From contig CALXWC010000003.1 in the NCBI GenBank assembly GCA_944392265.1, forward strand, positions 4,627 through 68,626: a stretch of DNA of 64,000 bases, given 5' to 3'. Source of the DNA: an uncultured Alphaproteobacteria bacterium (lineage in GTDB: Bacteria; Pseudomonadota; Alphaproteobacteria; RF32; CAG-239). Position numbers and translations under genes: made by a program. The notes beneath the pieces are model-generated. The model was not told the origin of the DNA and did no database searches. It saw nothing but the letters and a program-made list of their open reading frames with translations. Shown here one piece after another: positions 19,626 to 29,323 of the stretch. The first letter of the stretch is position 1. Every line of letters starts with the position of its first letter.

Positions 19626-20120
19626 ATGAAAGAGATAATTGCGGAATATGGCGGACTTATCAGGTCCATTATTAAAAAAATTACCGGTTCTTATAATGAA
19701 GATATTGAGCAGGAAGTTTACATTAAAACCTGGAAAAATATGGATAATTATCAAGAACAAGGAAAATTCTCAAGCTGGCTAAGTATCTTAACAGCCAATG
19801 TTTGCCGAGATTATTTCAAATCAAAGCAACATATTATGGATACAAAACAAGTTAGCGGAGAAGATATTTTGGATAAGGTGAAAGTCGGCGGCAGACAAGA
19901 AGAAGTGATTGATGCTAAAAAACGTCAAAAAATTATTCTTAAAGCTGTTGATGATTTGCCTAGAAAAATGCGCCAAGTGGTGATTTTGTTTGAGTTTGAA
20001 GAAAAATCTTACGAAGAAATTTCTAAAAAACTCGGACTACCGGTTGGTACAATTAAATCCAGATTGTTTAACGCCCGCAAAATTTTGTGCGAAAAACTTA
20101 AATTCTTGAAGGAGAACTAA
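19626..20120 (+). CDS. ECF (group IV) sigma-70 family RNA polymerase sigma factor
   Basis: 164 aa. Region 2 (EQEVYIKTWKNMDNY...FSSWLSILTANVCRDYF) and region 4 HTH (SYEEISKKLGLPVGTIKSRLFNARK). Confidence 0.88.
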   Translation: MKEIIAEYGGLIRSIIKKITGSYNEDIEQEVYIKTWKNMDNYQEQGKFSSWLSILTANVCRDYFKSKQHIMDTKQVSGEDILDKVKVGGRQEEVIDAKKRQKIILKAVDDLPRKMRQVVILFEFEEKSYEEISKKLGLPVGTIKSRLFNARKILCEKLKFLKEN

Positions 20121-20121
20121 T

Positions 20122-20637
20122 ATGAAAAAAACTTTTTTGACAATGTGTTGTGCTGCAGCTCTTTTGATGGGAGCAACAAACTCTTGGGCTCAAGAAAATG
20201 ATATGCCACCACCACCGCCGCATCATCCTGAACACGCTATTGATGCTCCAAGACCACATTTACCTCCTCATGAATTGAGAAAACACAAAGGTCCGAAATT
20301 TGATAAAGAGTTCAGAAAAGAAATGTCTGATAAATTTGCTGAAAAATTGGGCTTGACCGATGAACAAAAAGCTGAAGCAGAAAAATTGCGTGAAGCAAAC
20401 CGTAAAAAGATGGAACCTTTGATGAAACAAGCTGATGAGCTCCGTGAAAAAATGGATGAAATCCGTAAACAAAATATGGAAGATTTTGAAAAAATCTTAA
20501 CTCCGGAACAAAAACAAAAGCTTGATGAAATGAAAGCTAAGCGCGAAGCAAAAATGAAGAAAAGAATGGAAAAACGTGCTGAAAAATGGAAAAAAGAGAT
20601 GAAAAAAGAAAAGAAAGATAAAAAAGATAAAGACTAA
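20122..20637 (+). CDS. periplasmic LTXXQ-motif protein (Spy/CpxP/ZraP/CnrX superfamily-like)
   Basis: 171 aa. Signal peptide, His/Pro-rich segment PPPPPHHPEHAIDAPRPHLPPHELRKH, two LTXXQ motifs (LTDEQ, LTPEQ), and a Lys-rich tail. Confidence 0.75.
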   Translation: MKKTFLTMCCAAALLMGATNSWAQENDMPPPPPHHPEHAIDAPRPHLPPHELRKHKGPKFDKEFRKEMSDKFAEKLGLTDEQKAEAEKLREANRKKMEPLMKQADELREKMDEIRKQNMEDFEKILTPEQKQKLDEMKAKREAKMKKRMEKRAEKWKKEMKKEKKDKKDKD

Positions 20638-20662
20638 TTTTCTTTCCTTGAATTATTCATTA

Positions 20663-20692
20663 AGCCCCGTATGAATTATGGGGCTTTTTTTA
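20663..20692 (+). terminator. terminator after the ECF operon
   Basis: Hairpin agcccc ... ggggct followed by TTTTTTT. Confidence 0.75.
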
Positions 20693-20741
20693 TTGAAAAG
20701 ACAATTAAAGGTGCTAAACTCATAAAAAAATAAGGAGAAAA

Positions 20742-21041
20742 ATGATGCATCTGATTGTTTTTGCGTTGGCTTTATATGCGGTAATTGCCGAATGGCGTAA
20801 TTATAACTTGCGTTCACAACTCATCAAAAAATCACAAGTTATTCAAAAATATGTTAAGGATAACACGTATTGGTATGCTAATGTGTTACCGCAAGCAGAC
20901 AAACTTTGCTTGATTGAAACCAAAAAAGGCGAATTCTTAGTTTCTAAGCTCAATGATAAACACTGGCTTAATGATAAAGGCGAGGTTGATTTTTCTGCTA
21001 TCAAACGTTGGATGTATATAGAAGATTTGGAAAAACTTTAA
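20742..21041 (+). CDS. hypothetical protein with an N-terminal TM helix
   Basis: 99 aa with a good SD (AAGGAGAA). TAATG overlap with the downstream GNAT gene. No recognised domain. Confidence 0.55.
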   Translation: MMHLIVFALALYAVIAEWRNYNLRSQLIKKSQVIQKYVKDNTYWYANVLPQADKLCLIETKKGEFLVSKLNDKHWLNDKGEVDFSAIKRWMYIEDLEKL

Positions 21042-21499
21042 TGATTCTCAGAAAATTTGAAGAAAAAGATATTCCGCAAGTGTTAGAAATTTGCCGAGAA
21101 ATGCGCGAGCATCATCGCAAAGTGTTGCATGGGTATTTTAAGCCTATTGATGAAGCCTATGAACTAAAATCTTTGCAAGAAACTTTAACCGATGATGATG
21201 CTTTTGCTTTGGTGGCAGAAGAGGGTAATGTGATATGTGGTTGGCTTTGTGCCGAATTTACCTCTCGTCCATATTTGGAAACTGAGAGATTTTGCCATGT
21301 TTGTGAGCTCGGGGTATTGCCTGATTTTCGTCGTCAAGGAATTGCCGAAAGTTTGATGAAAAAGCTCTTTGAAGAAGCAAAAAATCGTGGTGTTTTCGAA
21401 ATTAATCTTGGTGTGTTTAATGATAACAAGATAGCATATGAATTTTATCAAAAGCTAGGATTTGAGCCGTTAGAGCAAAAGATGAAAATAAATATTTGA
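21041..21499 (+). CDS. GNAT family N-acetyltransferase
   Basis: About 152 aa from MILRKFEEKDIP. Acetyl-CoA motif RRQGIAESLMKKL. Confidence 0.8.
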   Translation: MILRKFEEKDIPQVLEICREMREHHRKVLHGYFKPIDEAYELKSLQETLTDDDAFALVAEEGNVICGWLCAEFTSRPYLETERFCHVCELGVLPDFRRQGIAESLMKKLFEEAKNRGVFEINLGVFNDNKIAYEFYQKLGFEPLEQKMKINI

Positions 21500-21575
21500 C
21501 AAAAAATCCTTTTTACAATATCTTATTTTTGTCTAAAAATTAAAAACAAATTATTAACTCAAAAATATTTGATGT

Positions 21576-22145
21576 ATGAAAAAGTTTATTTTATTTCGCC
21601 ATGGCGAAACAGATTTGAATGCACAGAAAATTTTTCAGGGCTCAGGTGTTAATGCTGATTTGAACGAAAATGGTTGCAAACAGGCAAAAGAGCTCAAAGA
21701 AGTTTTAAAACCATACGGAATCCAAGTTGTTTATTCCAGCCCGCTTAAAAGAGCTCTAACAACGTCTAATTTGGCTTTTGATAACAGTGTGTCGATGACA
21801 GTTGACGAGGAGTTGCGTGAGGCATGTCTTGGTGAAGCTGAAGGAACACCTCAAAAGGAAGTAATTGCAAAGTATCCCGAAGTTTGGAAATGGTGGTTTA
21901 CACCAAACGAACACATGGATGTTCATTATCCTGGTGGAGAAAGTAAGCAAGAAATTGGCAATCGTATCAAAAATGCGTTACTCAAAATTGCAGATAAAGA
22001 GCCGGCAGATGTGATTGGTATTTCCACTCATAGTGCTGCTATCCGTTGCTTCTTGATGCCGTTGGGACGTGAAGACAAGCCGATGAAAAATTGTGAAGTC
22101 TATGTTGTGGAGTTTGACGGCAAAGACTTCAAACTTGTGAAATAA
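21576..22145 (+). CDS. histidine phosphatase family protein (phosphoglycerate mutase-like)
   Basis: 189 aa with an intact RHGETDLN motif, SSPLKRA, and the distal His in STHSA. Confidence 0.85.
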   Translation: MKKFILFRHGETDLNAQKIFQGSGVNADLNENGCKQAKELKEVLKPYGIQVVYSSPLKRALTTSNLAFDNSVSMTVDEELREACLGEAEGTPQKEVIAKYPEVWKWWFTPNEHMDVHYPGGESKQEIGNRIKNALLKIADKEPADVIGISTHSAAIRCFLMPLGREDKPMKNCEVYVVEFDGKDFKLVK

Positions 22146-22162
22146 TTTTTTCTAAAATTAAG

Positions 22163-22195
22163 AACATCTCTGATTCTTTCAGAGATGTTTTTTTA
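22163..22195 (+). terminator. rho-independent terminator
   Basis: 11 bp hairpin aacatctctga ttctt tcagagatgtt followed by a T-run. Confidence 0.85.
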
Positions 22196-22346
22196 TATGT
22201 ATTTGACAGAAGTGATGAGATGTTAGTTTTTAAGCCGCTTGAACAATAAAATTTGTTTTCTTAGCAATCTGTTAATTTTATAATTGTAAAAAGATAAAGA
22301 TTGTATTACATTTTTTTTATATCTTAAACAACAAGAAAGGATAGAA

Positions 22347-23111
22347 ATGAAAAAATATATTTTTGGATTTTTGGTCTTGGTGATTGCCGCTGCTTGGTAT
22401 TTTTCACCATCTTTGGAAACTATTGTTAAAAAAGTTGTTAACAAATATGGTAGCGAAATTACCGGAACAGAAGTTAACTTGCAAGGTTTCAAATTGAGTT
22501 TGACCAAAGGTGAAGGTGAAATTAGCGAAATTACGGTTGCTAACCCTAAAAATTATTCAGCTCCGAATATCTTCAGCCTTGGTGATATTTTTGTAAAAGT
22601 TGATTTGAAAAGCTTGACTACAGATACAATCGTTATTGAAAAAATTGCAATTAACAAACCTGTTATTACTTATGAGATGTTGTCTTTGACACAAAACAAC
22701 ATTAACCAAATTCAAAAGAATATAGCAGCCAATACTGCTGCAAAATCTTCTCAAGAAGCTCAAGCTAAAGAAGAAGCTCCAAAAGACGAAGCATCTTCTA
22801 AAAAAGTTGTTATTAAAGAATTGGTTGTTGCAAACGGTGAAATCCAAGCTATTGCTAATATCAATGGTAAAAAAGACGACTTGAAAGTTAAATTACCGCA
22901 AATTGTTATGAAAAACATTGGTGATGAGAAAAAAGGTGAAAGCATTGCAACCACTATTACCAAAATCTTGAACAACATTTTGAAAACAGCTTCAAAAACA
23001 GTTGTTGAAAGCCAATTGGGCGATTTGAAATCTGTTGCTGATGAAAACTTAAATAAAGTTGTCGGCGGCGTAAAAGATCGCGTTAAAGAATTGGGAATCT
23101 TTGGTAGATAA
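22347..23111 (+). CDS. membrane-anchored hypothetical protein
   Basis: 254 aa with an N-terminal TM helix and a good SD (AAAGGA). A low-complexity Ala/Lys/Glu linker sits mid-protein. No domain recognised with confidence. Confidence 0.6.
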   Translation: MKKYIFGFLVLVIAAAWYFSPSLETIVKKVVNKYGSEITGTEVNLQGFKLSLTKGEGEISEITVANPKNYSAPNIFSLGDIFVKVDLKSLTTDTIVIEKIAINKPVITYEMLSLTQNNINQIQKNIAANTAAKSSQEAQAKEEAPKDEASSKKVVIKELVVANGEIQAIANINGKKDDLKVKLPQIVMKNIGDEKKGESIATTITKILNNILKTASKTVVESQLGDLKSVADENLNKVVGGVKDRVKELGIFGR

Positions 23112-23130
23112 TTCTAGCAAAACTCTAAAA

Positions 23131-23158
23131 AAAGCCCCGCTAATTAGCGGGGTTTTTC
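23131..23158. terminator. bidirectional terminator (overlaps the 3' end of cobB)
   Basis: Hairpin gccccgct aatt agcggggt flanked by an A-run and a T-run. Confidence 0.75.
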
Positions 23159-23868
23159 TTTATTGATGCAATTAATTCATCAACGTATTTGGGTAAGGTT
23201 TCACCAGCTTTGCCTAAAACATGTTTATCAAAAAGATAGTTGTTTGCAGTCATATCTAGTGTGAACTCTATGGTGTCTGCACCATAATATTTGGCCGTTT
23301 GTACAAATCCGGCAGCGGGATAAACCACGCCAGATGTCCCGATAGAAATAAACAAATCGCACTTTCTTAAAAACGCTTCAACCTTATCCATACATAAAAG
23401 ATTTTCACCAAAAAAGACAATATTGGGTTTCATCATGCCAGCCACTTCACATTGCGGACAAACAGTTTCTGTATCTACATCTCCCCAAGTTTCAAGCACA
23501 TGACCACAATTAAGGCAAACGGCTTGGTTGATTTGTCCGTGAATATGATAAACATTTTTGTTGCCGGCCTTTTCATGAAGTGTATCTACGTTTTGTGTGA
23601 CAATGTTAATCTCTGCCGGATATTCTTGTTGTAATTTGGTTAAAGCTAAATGTGCCGGATTGGGTTCTGCTTTTTGAATCTCAACTTTGAGTTCATTATA
23701 AAAATCATGCACAAAATCAGGATTGCGCTCAAAGCCTTCAATTGTGGCTACATCTTCAACCTTGTGATTATTCCAAAGTCCGTTAGAACTTCTAAATGTA
23801 GCCAAACCGGATTCTGCAGAGATGCCGGCTCCGGTTAAAATGAGAATATTTTTATAAATTCTGGTCAT
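23140..23868 (-). CDS. cobB: NAD-dependent protein deacylase (Sir2 family, CobB-like)
   Basis: 242 aa with GAGISAESGLATFR, QNVDTLH, and Zn-ribbon cysteines CLNCGH...CPQC. Confidence 0.9.
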   Translation of the reverse strand: MTRIYKNILILTGAGISAESGLATFRSSNGLWNNHKVEDVATIEGFERNPDFVHDFYNELKVEIQKAEPNPAHLALTKLQQEYPAEINIVTQNVDTLHEKAGNKNVYHIHGQINQAVCLNCGHVLETWGDVDTETVCPQCEVAGMMKPNIVFFGENLLCMDKVEAFLRKCDLFISIGTSGVVYPAAGFVQTAKYYGADTIEFTLDMTANNYLFDKHVLGKAGETLPKYVDELIASIKKNPAN

Positions 23869-23974
23869 TATCTTTCTCCTAAGCGTATTAAAGATTATAT
23901 ATGTTAAAAAAACAACTTTTTTATTTTGTTATCCGCTTGAATTAGGCTAATTTAGTAAATTATGAGGAGGAAAT

Positions 23975-24922
23975 ATGGCATTTTGGAGCAATTGGTTTAT
24001 TCCCAAACCGTTTAATGAAGGATATTTGCCGGAGTTAGACGGACATAAGGTTTATTTTAGAGAATTTGGCAACCCTAAAGGTGAGGTCATACTTTGTTTT
24101 CATGGCGGACCTGGGTATTGGTCAAGAGCGGAAACGGCAAAGAAATTTGATTTGAAAAAATATAGAGTGATTATGTTTGATCAAAGAGGTTGCGGAAAAT
24201 CAGAACCAGCAGGCTGTATGGAATATAACACGACACAAAATAATGTTGATGATGCCGTTCGTCTTTTAGAATTTTTAGAGATTAATGACAAAGTTATTCT
24301 CTTTGGTGGTTCTTGGGGATCAACTATGGCTTTGATGTTTGCGATAACTTATCCTAAAATAGTAAAAGCCATGATTTTATCTAAAATCTTTTTAGCCAAT
24401 AAGGCATCTAAAGATTGGGAACTTAAGCAAAGCGGTTTGTTTTATCCGGATATGTTGGAAGAATTAAAAGGAAATATCTCAGATAATTATTTGATTCCTG
24501 AATATTATGCTAAACAAATTAATTCTGAAAATTTGGAACAACAAACGAGTGCTGCTACAAAATATGGCTGTTGGGAGCGTGTTTTGGGTAATTTAGACCC
24601 TAAATTTGGTGACTATATTCCCGATGAAAAAGAAATTAATATGCAAAAGATATATATCAATTATGCCGCGCAAAACTTTATGTTGGAAGATGATGAGATA
24701 ATTGATAATGCAAATAAAATTGATGATATTCCGACTTTGATTTTGCATAATCGGTTAGATTTTATTTGCCCGCCGATAAATGCTTATCGTTTACACAAAG
24801 CTTTGCCGATGTCAAAATTGATATTTGTTCCGGCGAAAGGGCACTCAAGCAAATTAATGGATGAAATGATGCGTGCTGAAATGAAAGAATTTTTGCAAAA
24901 TTTGGAGCAAAATAATGGCTGA
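23975..24922 (+). CDS. pip: alpha/beta hydrolase, proline iminopeptidase-like (S33)
   Basis: 315 aa with HGGPG and the nucleophile elbow GGSWGSTMAL. Strong SD (GAGGAGG). Confidence 0.8.
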   Translation: MAFWSNWFIPKPFNEGYLPELDGHKVYFREFGNPKGEVILCFHGGPGYWSRAETAKKFDLKKYRVIMFDQRGCGKSEPAGCMEYNTTQNNVDDAVRLLEFLEINDKVILFGGSWGSTMALMFAITYPKIVKAMILSKIFLANKASKDWELKQSGLFYPDMLEELKGNISDNYLIPEYYAKQINSENLEQQTSAATKYGCWERVLGNLDPKFGDYIPDEKEINMQKIYINYAAQNFMLEDDEIIDNANKIDDIPTLILHNRLDFICPPINAYRLHKALPMSKLIFVPAKGHSSKLMDEMMRAEMKEFLQNLEQNNG

Positions 24923-25250
24923 AAGTAAGCTCTTTTTGAAAGAAAATCCTACATTGGCTGATTTTCAACAATATGTTAAAGAGATGAAAGTAGAACGAGG
25001 GTTTAAAGTTGAGCCGATTTATGAGTGTTGTTTATTGGCTGAGGAAGTTGGCGAACTGATTTCTGCCGTGAGAAAAAACACAAAAGGTGGTAGCATCGGT
25101 AGTGGCTCTGTTGCCGGAAGCGTTAAGCTTGAATTGGCCGATGTTTTGATTTATCTTTGTTCTATTGCCAATATTCACGGCATTAGTTTAGAAGAAGCAT
25201 TTAGAGAAAAAGAAGAAATTAACAAACAAAGAACGTGGAAAAGACTATGA
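24915..25250 (+). CDS. small MazG-like nucleotide pyrophosphohydrolase
   Basis: 111 aa with EEVGELISAVRK ... ELADVLIYLCSIA (EExxE...ExxD helices). 8 nt overlap with pip. Confidence 0.75.
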   Translation: MAESKLFLKENPTLADFQQYVKEMKVERGFKVEPIYECCLLAEEVGELISAVRKNTKGGSIGSGSVAGSVKLELADVLIYLCSIANIHGISLEEAFREKEEINKQRTWKRL

Positions 25251-25927
25251 AAAAAATTGCGATTATTGCCGCTATGAGCAGTGAAATTAACTCAATTAAA
25301 GCTTTATTGTTAAACGAGCAAGAAAAAGACGGATATATCACAGGAGTTATCGGTGATAAAGAAATCACCTTAATCCAAAGTGGTATCGGTAAGGTTTGTG
25401 CTGCGGTTAAGACGACTGAGCTGATTGATAAGTTTAAGCCAGATTGCGTAATTAACTCCGGTGTTGCCGGCGGTGTGGGTGATGATGTTAAGCAGATGGA
25501 TATTGTGGTAAGCTTAAAAACTGTTTATAATGATGTTTGGTGTTTGGAGCCCAACGCTTATGGTCAGGTTCAAGACTTTCCTTTATATTTTGAAGCGGAT
25601 AAAAATTTGGTTGCAAAAATAGAAGATGGCGAACATAACGGCATTACCATTCACAAAGGTCTGATTGCAAGCGGAGATAAATTTGTTGCAGGGATAGAAG
25701 AGGCCAAGAATATTCGCAAATTGTTTAATGATGCCTTGGCTGTGGATATGGAATCTTGCGCTGTAGCTCAGGTTTGTTATATGAAAAAAACACCATTTAT
25801 CAGCTTGCGTATTATTAGTGATAATCCACTGAGAAGTAATGATAATCACCAGCAATATGCCGATTTTTGGGGTGAAATGGCTAATAAATCTTTTGCCGTA
25901 TTGAAAAATTTACTCAACAATATCTAG
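25247..25927 (+). CDS. mtnN: 5'-methylthioadenosine/S-adenosylhomocysteine nucleosidase
   Basis: MKKIAIIAAMSSEI N-terminus and the VDMESCAVAQV block. ATGA overlap with the MazG-like gene when started at ATG 25247. Confidence 0.88.
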   Translation: MKKIAIIAAMSSEINSIKALLLNEQEKDGYITGVIGDKEITLIQSGIGKVCAAVKTTELIDKFKPDCVINSGVAGGVGDDVKQMDIVVSLKTVYNDVWCLEPNAYGQVQDFPLYFEADKNLVAKIEDGEHNGITIHKGLIASGDKFVAGIEEAKNIRKLFNDALAVDMESCAVAQVCYMKKTPFISLRIISDNPLRSNDNHQQYADFWGEMANKSFAVLKNLLNNI

Positions 25928-25937
25928 GAGAAGAAAT

Positions 25938-27320
25938 TTGCTTGATAAAAATTTGGTAGCAGAAATTTTAACCGAGGCATTGTCCTCAGGTGGCGACTAT
26001 GCCGAGATTTTTGTTGAAAATACTCTGGCAAGTAACTTGTTTACATCGGAAAGAAAAATCAAAAGTTCAACATCGGGTCTGAGCTATGGTGCCGGTATTC
26101 GCATTTTTGACGGTGTGAATTTTGTTTATGCTTATACCAATTTAATGGATAGAGAAAATTTGCTAAAAACGGCAAAAAAAGCCGCTTTGGGTATAAAATC
26201 AAGCAAAAAAGATATGACTTTTGATTTAAGAGATTTAGAATTAGAGAGAAAGCACCAAATTCAAAAACCTTTTGAGAGCAAAAGCAAAAAAGAAAAAACG
26301 GACTTGATGCTCAAAATCAGCGAATATGCATTAAACGCCAGTCCGCTTATTTGCAAAGCCGATGCCACCTATACTGAAGTAACGCGTCAAACCTTACTCG
26401 CCAACTCATTAGGTGTTTGGGCGGAAGATTCCATTTCGCGCAGTCGCTTTCATTTAGCAAGCATTGCACAAGAAGATAACATAACAGAGGTTGCCGGAGA
26501 CAATTTTGGTGGGTTGTATGGTTTAGAGTTATTTGAGAACAGAAACCTACAAGAATTTGCCGAAAATGTGGCCGCTGATTCCATATCTAAACTTTCGGCC
26601 GAACTTTGTCCATCCGGCAAAATGGATGTGGTGATTGGTAATGGTTTTGGTGGTGTGATTTTTCATGAGGCTTGCGGCCATGGTCTGGAAGCTGAAGGTG
26701 TTGCAAAAGATGCATCTGTATTTGCTGGAAAGCTTGGACAACAAATAGCTTCTCCTTTGGTAACGGCTTATGACGATGCGACAATTGACCACGCTTGGGG
26801 CTCAATTAACGTAGATGATGAAGGTGTTAAGACTCAAAGAAAGCTCTTAATAGAAAATGGTATTTTGAAAAACTATATGGTTGATAGCTTAAATGGGCGT
26901 CGTATGGGTATGGAGCCAAACGGTTGTTCTCGCCGTCAGAATTATACATATGCACCGACATCACGCATGAGCAACACCTTTATTGCTAATGGCAAGTCTA
27001 CCCACGATGAGATTATTGCTAATACTGAAAAAGGTATTTATGCTGGGAAAATGGGGGGCGGATCTGTTAAAATGTCAACCGGAGAATTTAACTTTTCGGT
27101 TGATAGAGCTTATCTGATTGAAAATGGCAAAATCACCAAACAAGTCAAAGGTGCCAAACTGATTGGTTCGGGACAAGAAGTTTTGCAAAATATTGATATG
27201 GTTGGCAACAATATGAGTTTGGCTTGTGGTATGTGTGGCTCTATTTCAGGAAAAATTCCTACAACAGTAGGCCAACCTACAATCCGCGTTAAGAACATCA
27301 CCGTCGGAGGACAAAAATAA
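25938..27320 (+). CDS. tldD: metalloprotease TldD
   Basis: 460 aa with the HEACGHGLE zinc motif. TTG start 7 nt after an AGGAG SD. Confidence 0.9.
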   Translation: MLDKNLVAEILTEALSSGGDYAEIFVENTLASNLFTSERKIKSSTSGLSYGAGIRIFDGVNFVYAYTNLMDRENLLKTAKKAALGIKSSKKDMTFDLRDLELERKHQIQKPFESKSKKEKTDLMLKISEYALNASPLICKADATYTEVTRQTLLANSLGVWAEDSISRSRFHLASIAQEDNITEVAGDNFGGLYGLELFENRNLQEFAENVAADSISKLSAELCPSGKMDVVIGNGFGGVIFHEACGHGLEAEGVAKDASVFAGKLGQQIASPLVTAYDDATIDHAWGSINVDDEGVKTQRKLLIENGILKNYMVDSLNGRRMGMEPNGCSRRQNYTYAPTSRMSNTFIANGKSTHDEIIANTEKGIYAGKMGGGSVKMSTGEFNFSVDRAYLIENGKITKQVKGAKLIGSGQEVLQNIDMVGNNMSLACGMCGSISGKIPTTVGQPTIRVKNITVGGQK

Positions 27321-28651
27321 TGCAAGCACAAGAATTTATTGAAAAATTATATCAGATAAGTCAAGCTCAAGGCATCAGTCAATTTCAAATTGATTATAGT
27401 CAAAGTGAAAATTTGTCCTTAAAAGTGATGGATGGCAAGATTGAAAAACGCAGTTTCAAAAATACACAACATCTGTCTTTTTCCGTTAAAGAGGGACAAA
27501 ATATCGGTTCTTTTGATTGCGGCGAGCTGGAAGAAAAAAATATTCCGCTCATCATCAAAGAAGCTAAAGAAAATGCTTTGCTGATGAATAATGAAGAAGA
27601 AAATTTCTTCTTTGGTGAAAAGAGAAAGTATCCGGCTGTTAAAAGAAATACTCCAATAAAAGAGTATGAAAACCTTGATAAAGAACAATTTTTGCTCGAT
27701 TTGGAAAAAGCGGCTTATGCTCAAGATAAGCGCGTCAAAAAGGTTATTTCTTGCTATTTAAACGAGGGAACATATCAAAACACAATCCGCAATTCCTTAG
27801 GTTTGAATGTGAGTGAAGGTTCAACTTGGGCTTTTGCCGGAATTTATTTGTCAGTAGAAGAAAATGGCGTCATCAAAACCGCTTCTGAATATGTGAAGTT
27901 TGATAAACAAGAAGACTTTAATCCTGAACTTATGGCGCAAAAAACAGTAGAGAAAGCCTTAAAAAAGCTAAGTCCGATTTCAATTTCAAGCGGAAAATAT
28001 AAAATTGTTTTTGAAAATGAATGCTTTGCAGATTTTTTAGATATAATGAAAAATCTGTTTTCTGCTACCGCTGTTGAAGAAAAACATTCTAAGCTCGGAG
28101 ATAAGCTCAAGCAAAAAGTTGCGGCTGACGGTGTTGTCTTGGTTGATAATCCTTTATTAGAGAATGGTTATGACACCAGAGCTTTTGACGGTGAGGGATA
28201 TCCGAGCCAAACTAATGTTATTATTAAAAATGGTGTGTTGCAAACCTTGCTTCACAACTTGCGTACCGCCCATAAATTTGGCGTTGAACCAACCGGAAAT
28301 GGCATTGGAGGAGGCGCAAGGGGTGTGTCTTATTCCAATTTTTACCTAGAAAACGGCAATGTGAGCAAAGAAGAAATTTTGCAACAAACAAATGATGGTG
28401 TTTACATCACCGATTTAACCGGAACACATGCTGGTTATTCTGTTGTATCAGGTGATTTTTCTTTTGGTGCTGAAGGATTTTTGATTAAGGACGGCAAAAT
28501 TGATAAAGCCTTAAATCAACTTACGCTTTCAGGCAATGTTTATGAACTTTGGCAAGATATTGAGCTTATCGGTAATGACCTTAAATTTACGCCTGATGGC
28601 TGCGGTGCACCGACAATAGCCGTTAAACCGATGCAAATTTCTTGTAACTAG
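27320..28651 (+). CDS. pmbA: metalloprotease partner PmbA/TldE
   Basis: 443 aa TldD/PmbA-family protein lacking the HExxxH motif. C-terminal SGDFSFGAEGFLIKDGK. TAATG overlap with tldD. Confidence 0.88.
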   Translation: MQAQEFIEKLYQISQAQGISQFQIDYSQSENLSLKVMDGKIEKRSFKNTQHLSFSVKEGQNIGSFDCGELEEKNIPLIIKEAKENALLMNNEEENFFFGEKRKYPAVKRNTPIKEYENLDKEQFLLDLEKAAYAQDKRVKKVISCYLNEGTYQNTIRNSLGLNVSEGSTWAFAGIYLSVEENGVIKTASEYVKFDKQEDFNPELMAQKTVEKALKKLSPISISSGKYKIVFENECFADFLDIMKNLFSATAVEEKHSKLGDKLKQKVAADGVVLVDNPLLENGYDTRAFDGEGYPSQTNVIIKNGVLQTLLHNLRTAHKFGVEPTGNGIGGGARGVSYSNFYLENGNVSKEEILQQTNDGVYITDLTGTHAGYSVVSGDFSFGAEGFLIKDGKIDKALNQLTLSGNVYELWQDIELIGNDLKFTPDGCGAPTIAVKPMQISCN

Positions 28652-28660
28652 GAGAACAAT

Positions 28661-29323
28661 ATGCGAGAACTAAAAAGATTATGCCGTATCAAAGTGGTCT
28701 TTGTCGATTGGCATAAGACTTTGTGTTCTCGCGTTTTTTTTCAATTCATTAAACGTCGCAACAAAAAGCTCTTCGACAAGCTGGAACATCGCTTGTTTGA
28801 AGAAATGCCGCTTGCCAAATTTATTGATTGGATGAAAGGCAAAATATCAAAAGAAGATGTGCTTAAAGAAATATGCCGAAATGACTTGAATTTTCAAGAT
28901 ATTTCTCATCTTCTTTATCAAAGTTGCGAAAAGATGAAGTTTGATCGACCAGATTATCAAAAATGGATAAAACGTATTCGTCAAAAAGGCAAAAAGGTTG
29001 TTATTGCCACAGATAATGTGGATGTTTTTAATGAATACACAGTTCCGTCTTTGAAATTGAATAAAAAATTTGATGATATCTTAAATTCTTGCACGCTGAA
29101 ATATCTAAAACATGATGTTTCTGATAATAAGCTATTGTTTTTTGATGATTATTTGAAGAAAAATAATATAAAATATGAAGAGGCAATTTTGCTTGATGAT
29201 GACAAAGACTTGATTAAGCTTTGTCATAAATTTGGGATGCAAGGAAAGGTGATTACATCTCCGGAAAATATGTTGCAAAACTTGATGATGATAGAGGCTT
29301 GCTGTGACAGAAATGAATTTTGA
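28661..29323 (+). CDS. HAD-superfamily-like hydrolase, paralog 1 (non-canonical motif I DWHKT)
   Basis: 220 aa with FVDWHKTL (motif I), VVIATDN (motif II), and LLDDDKD (motif IV). AGGAGAA SD. Confidence 0.6.
   Translation: MRELKRLCRIKVVFVDWHKTLCSRVFFQFIKRRNKKLFDKLEHRLFEEMPLAKFIDWMKGKISKEDVLKEICRNDLNFQDISHLLYQSCEKMKFDRPDYQKWIKRIRQKGKKVVIATDNVDVFNEYTVPSLKLNKKFDDILNSCTLKYLKHDVSDNKLLFFDDYLKKNNIKYEEAILLDDDKDLIKLCHKFGMQGKVITSPENMLQNLMMIEACCDRNEF

Noticed and set aside
23140-23868. SIR2-domain gene as an anti-phage defence effector (Thoeris, DSR or SIR2-HerA type).
   Set aside because: It is a short (242 aa) canonical CobB-type sirtuin with an intact Zn ribbon and the GAGISAESG and QNVDTLH motifs. 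It has no fused or adjacent sensor, helicase or TIR partner, and it is flanked by unrelated genes.
25938-28651. tldD/pmbA as part of a microcin B17-like RiPP maturation cluster.
   Set aside because: There is no precursor-peptide ORF, cyclodehydratase/dehydrogenase (McbBCD-like) gene or immunity/export gene nearby. TldD/PmbA are common housekeeping proteases.
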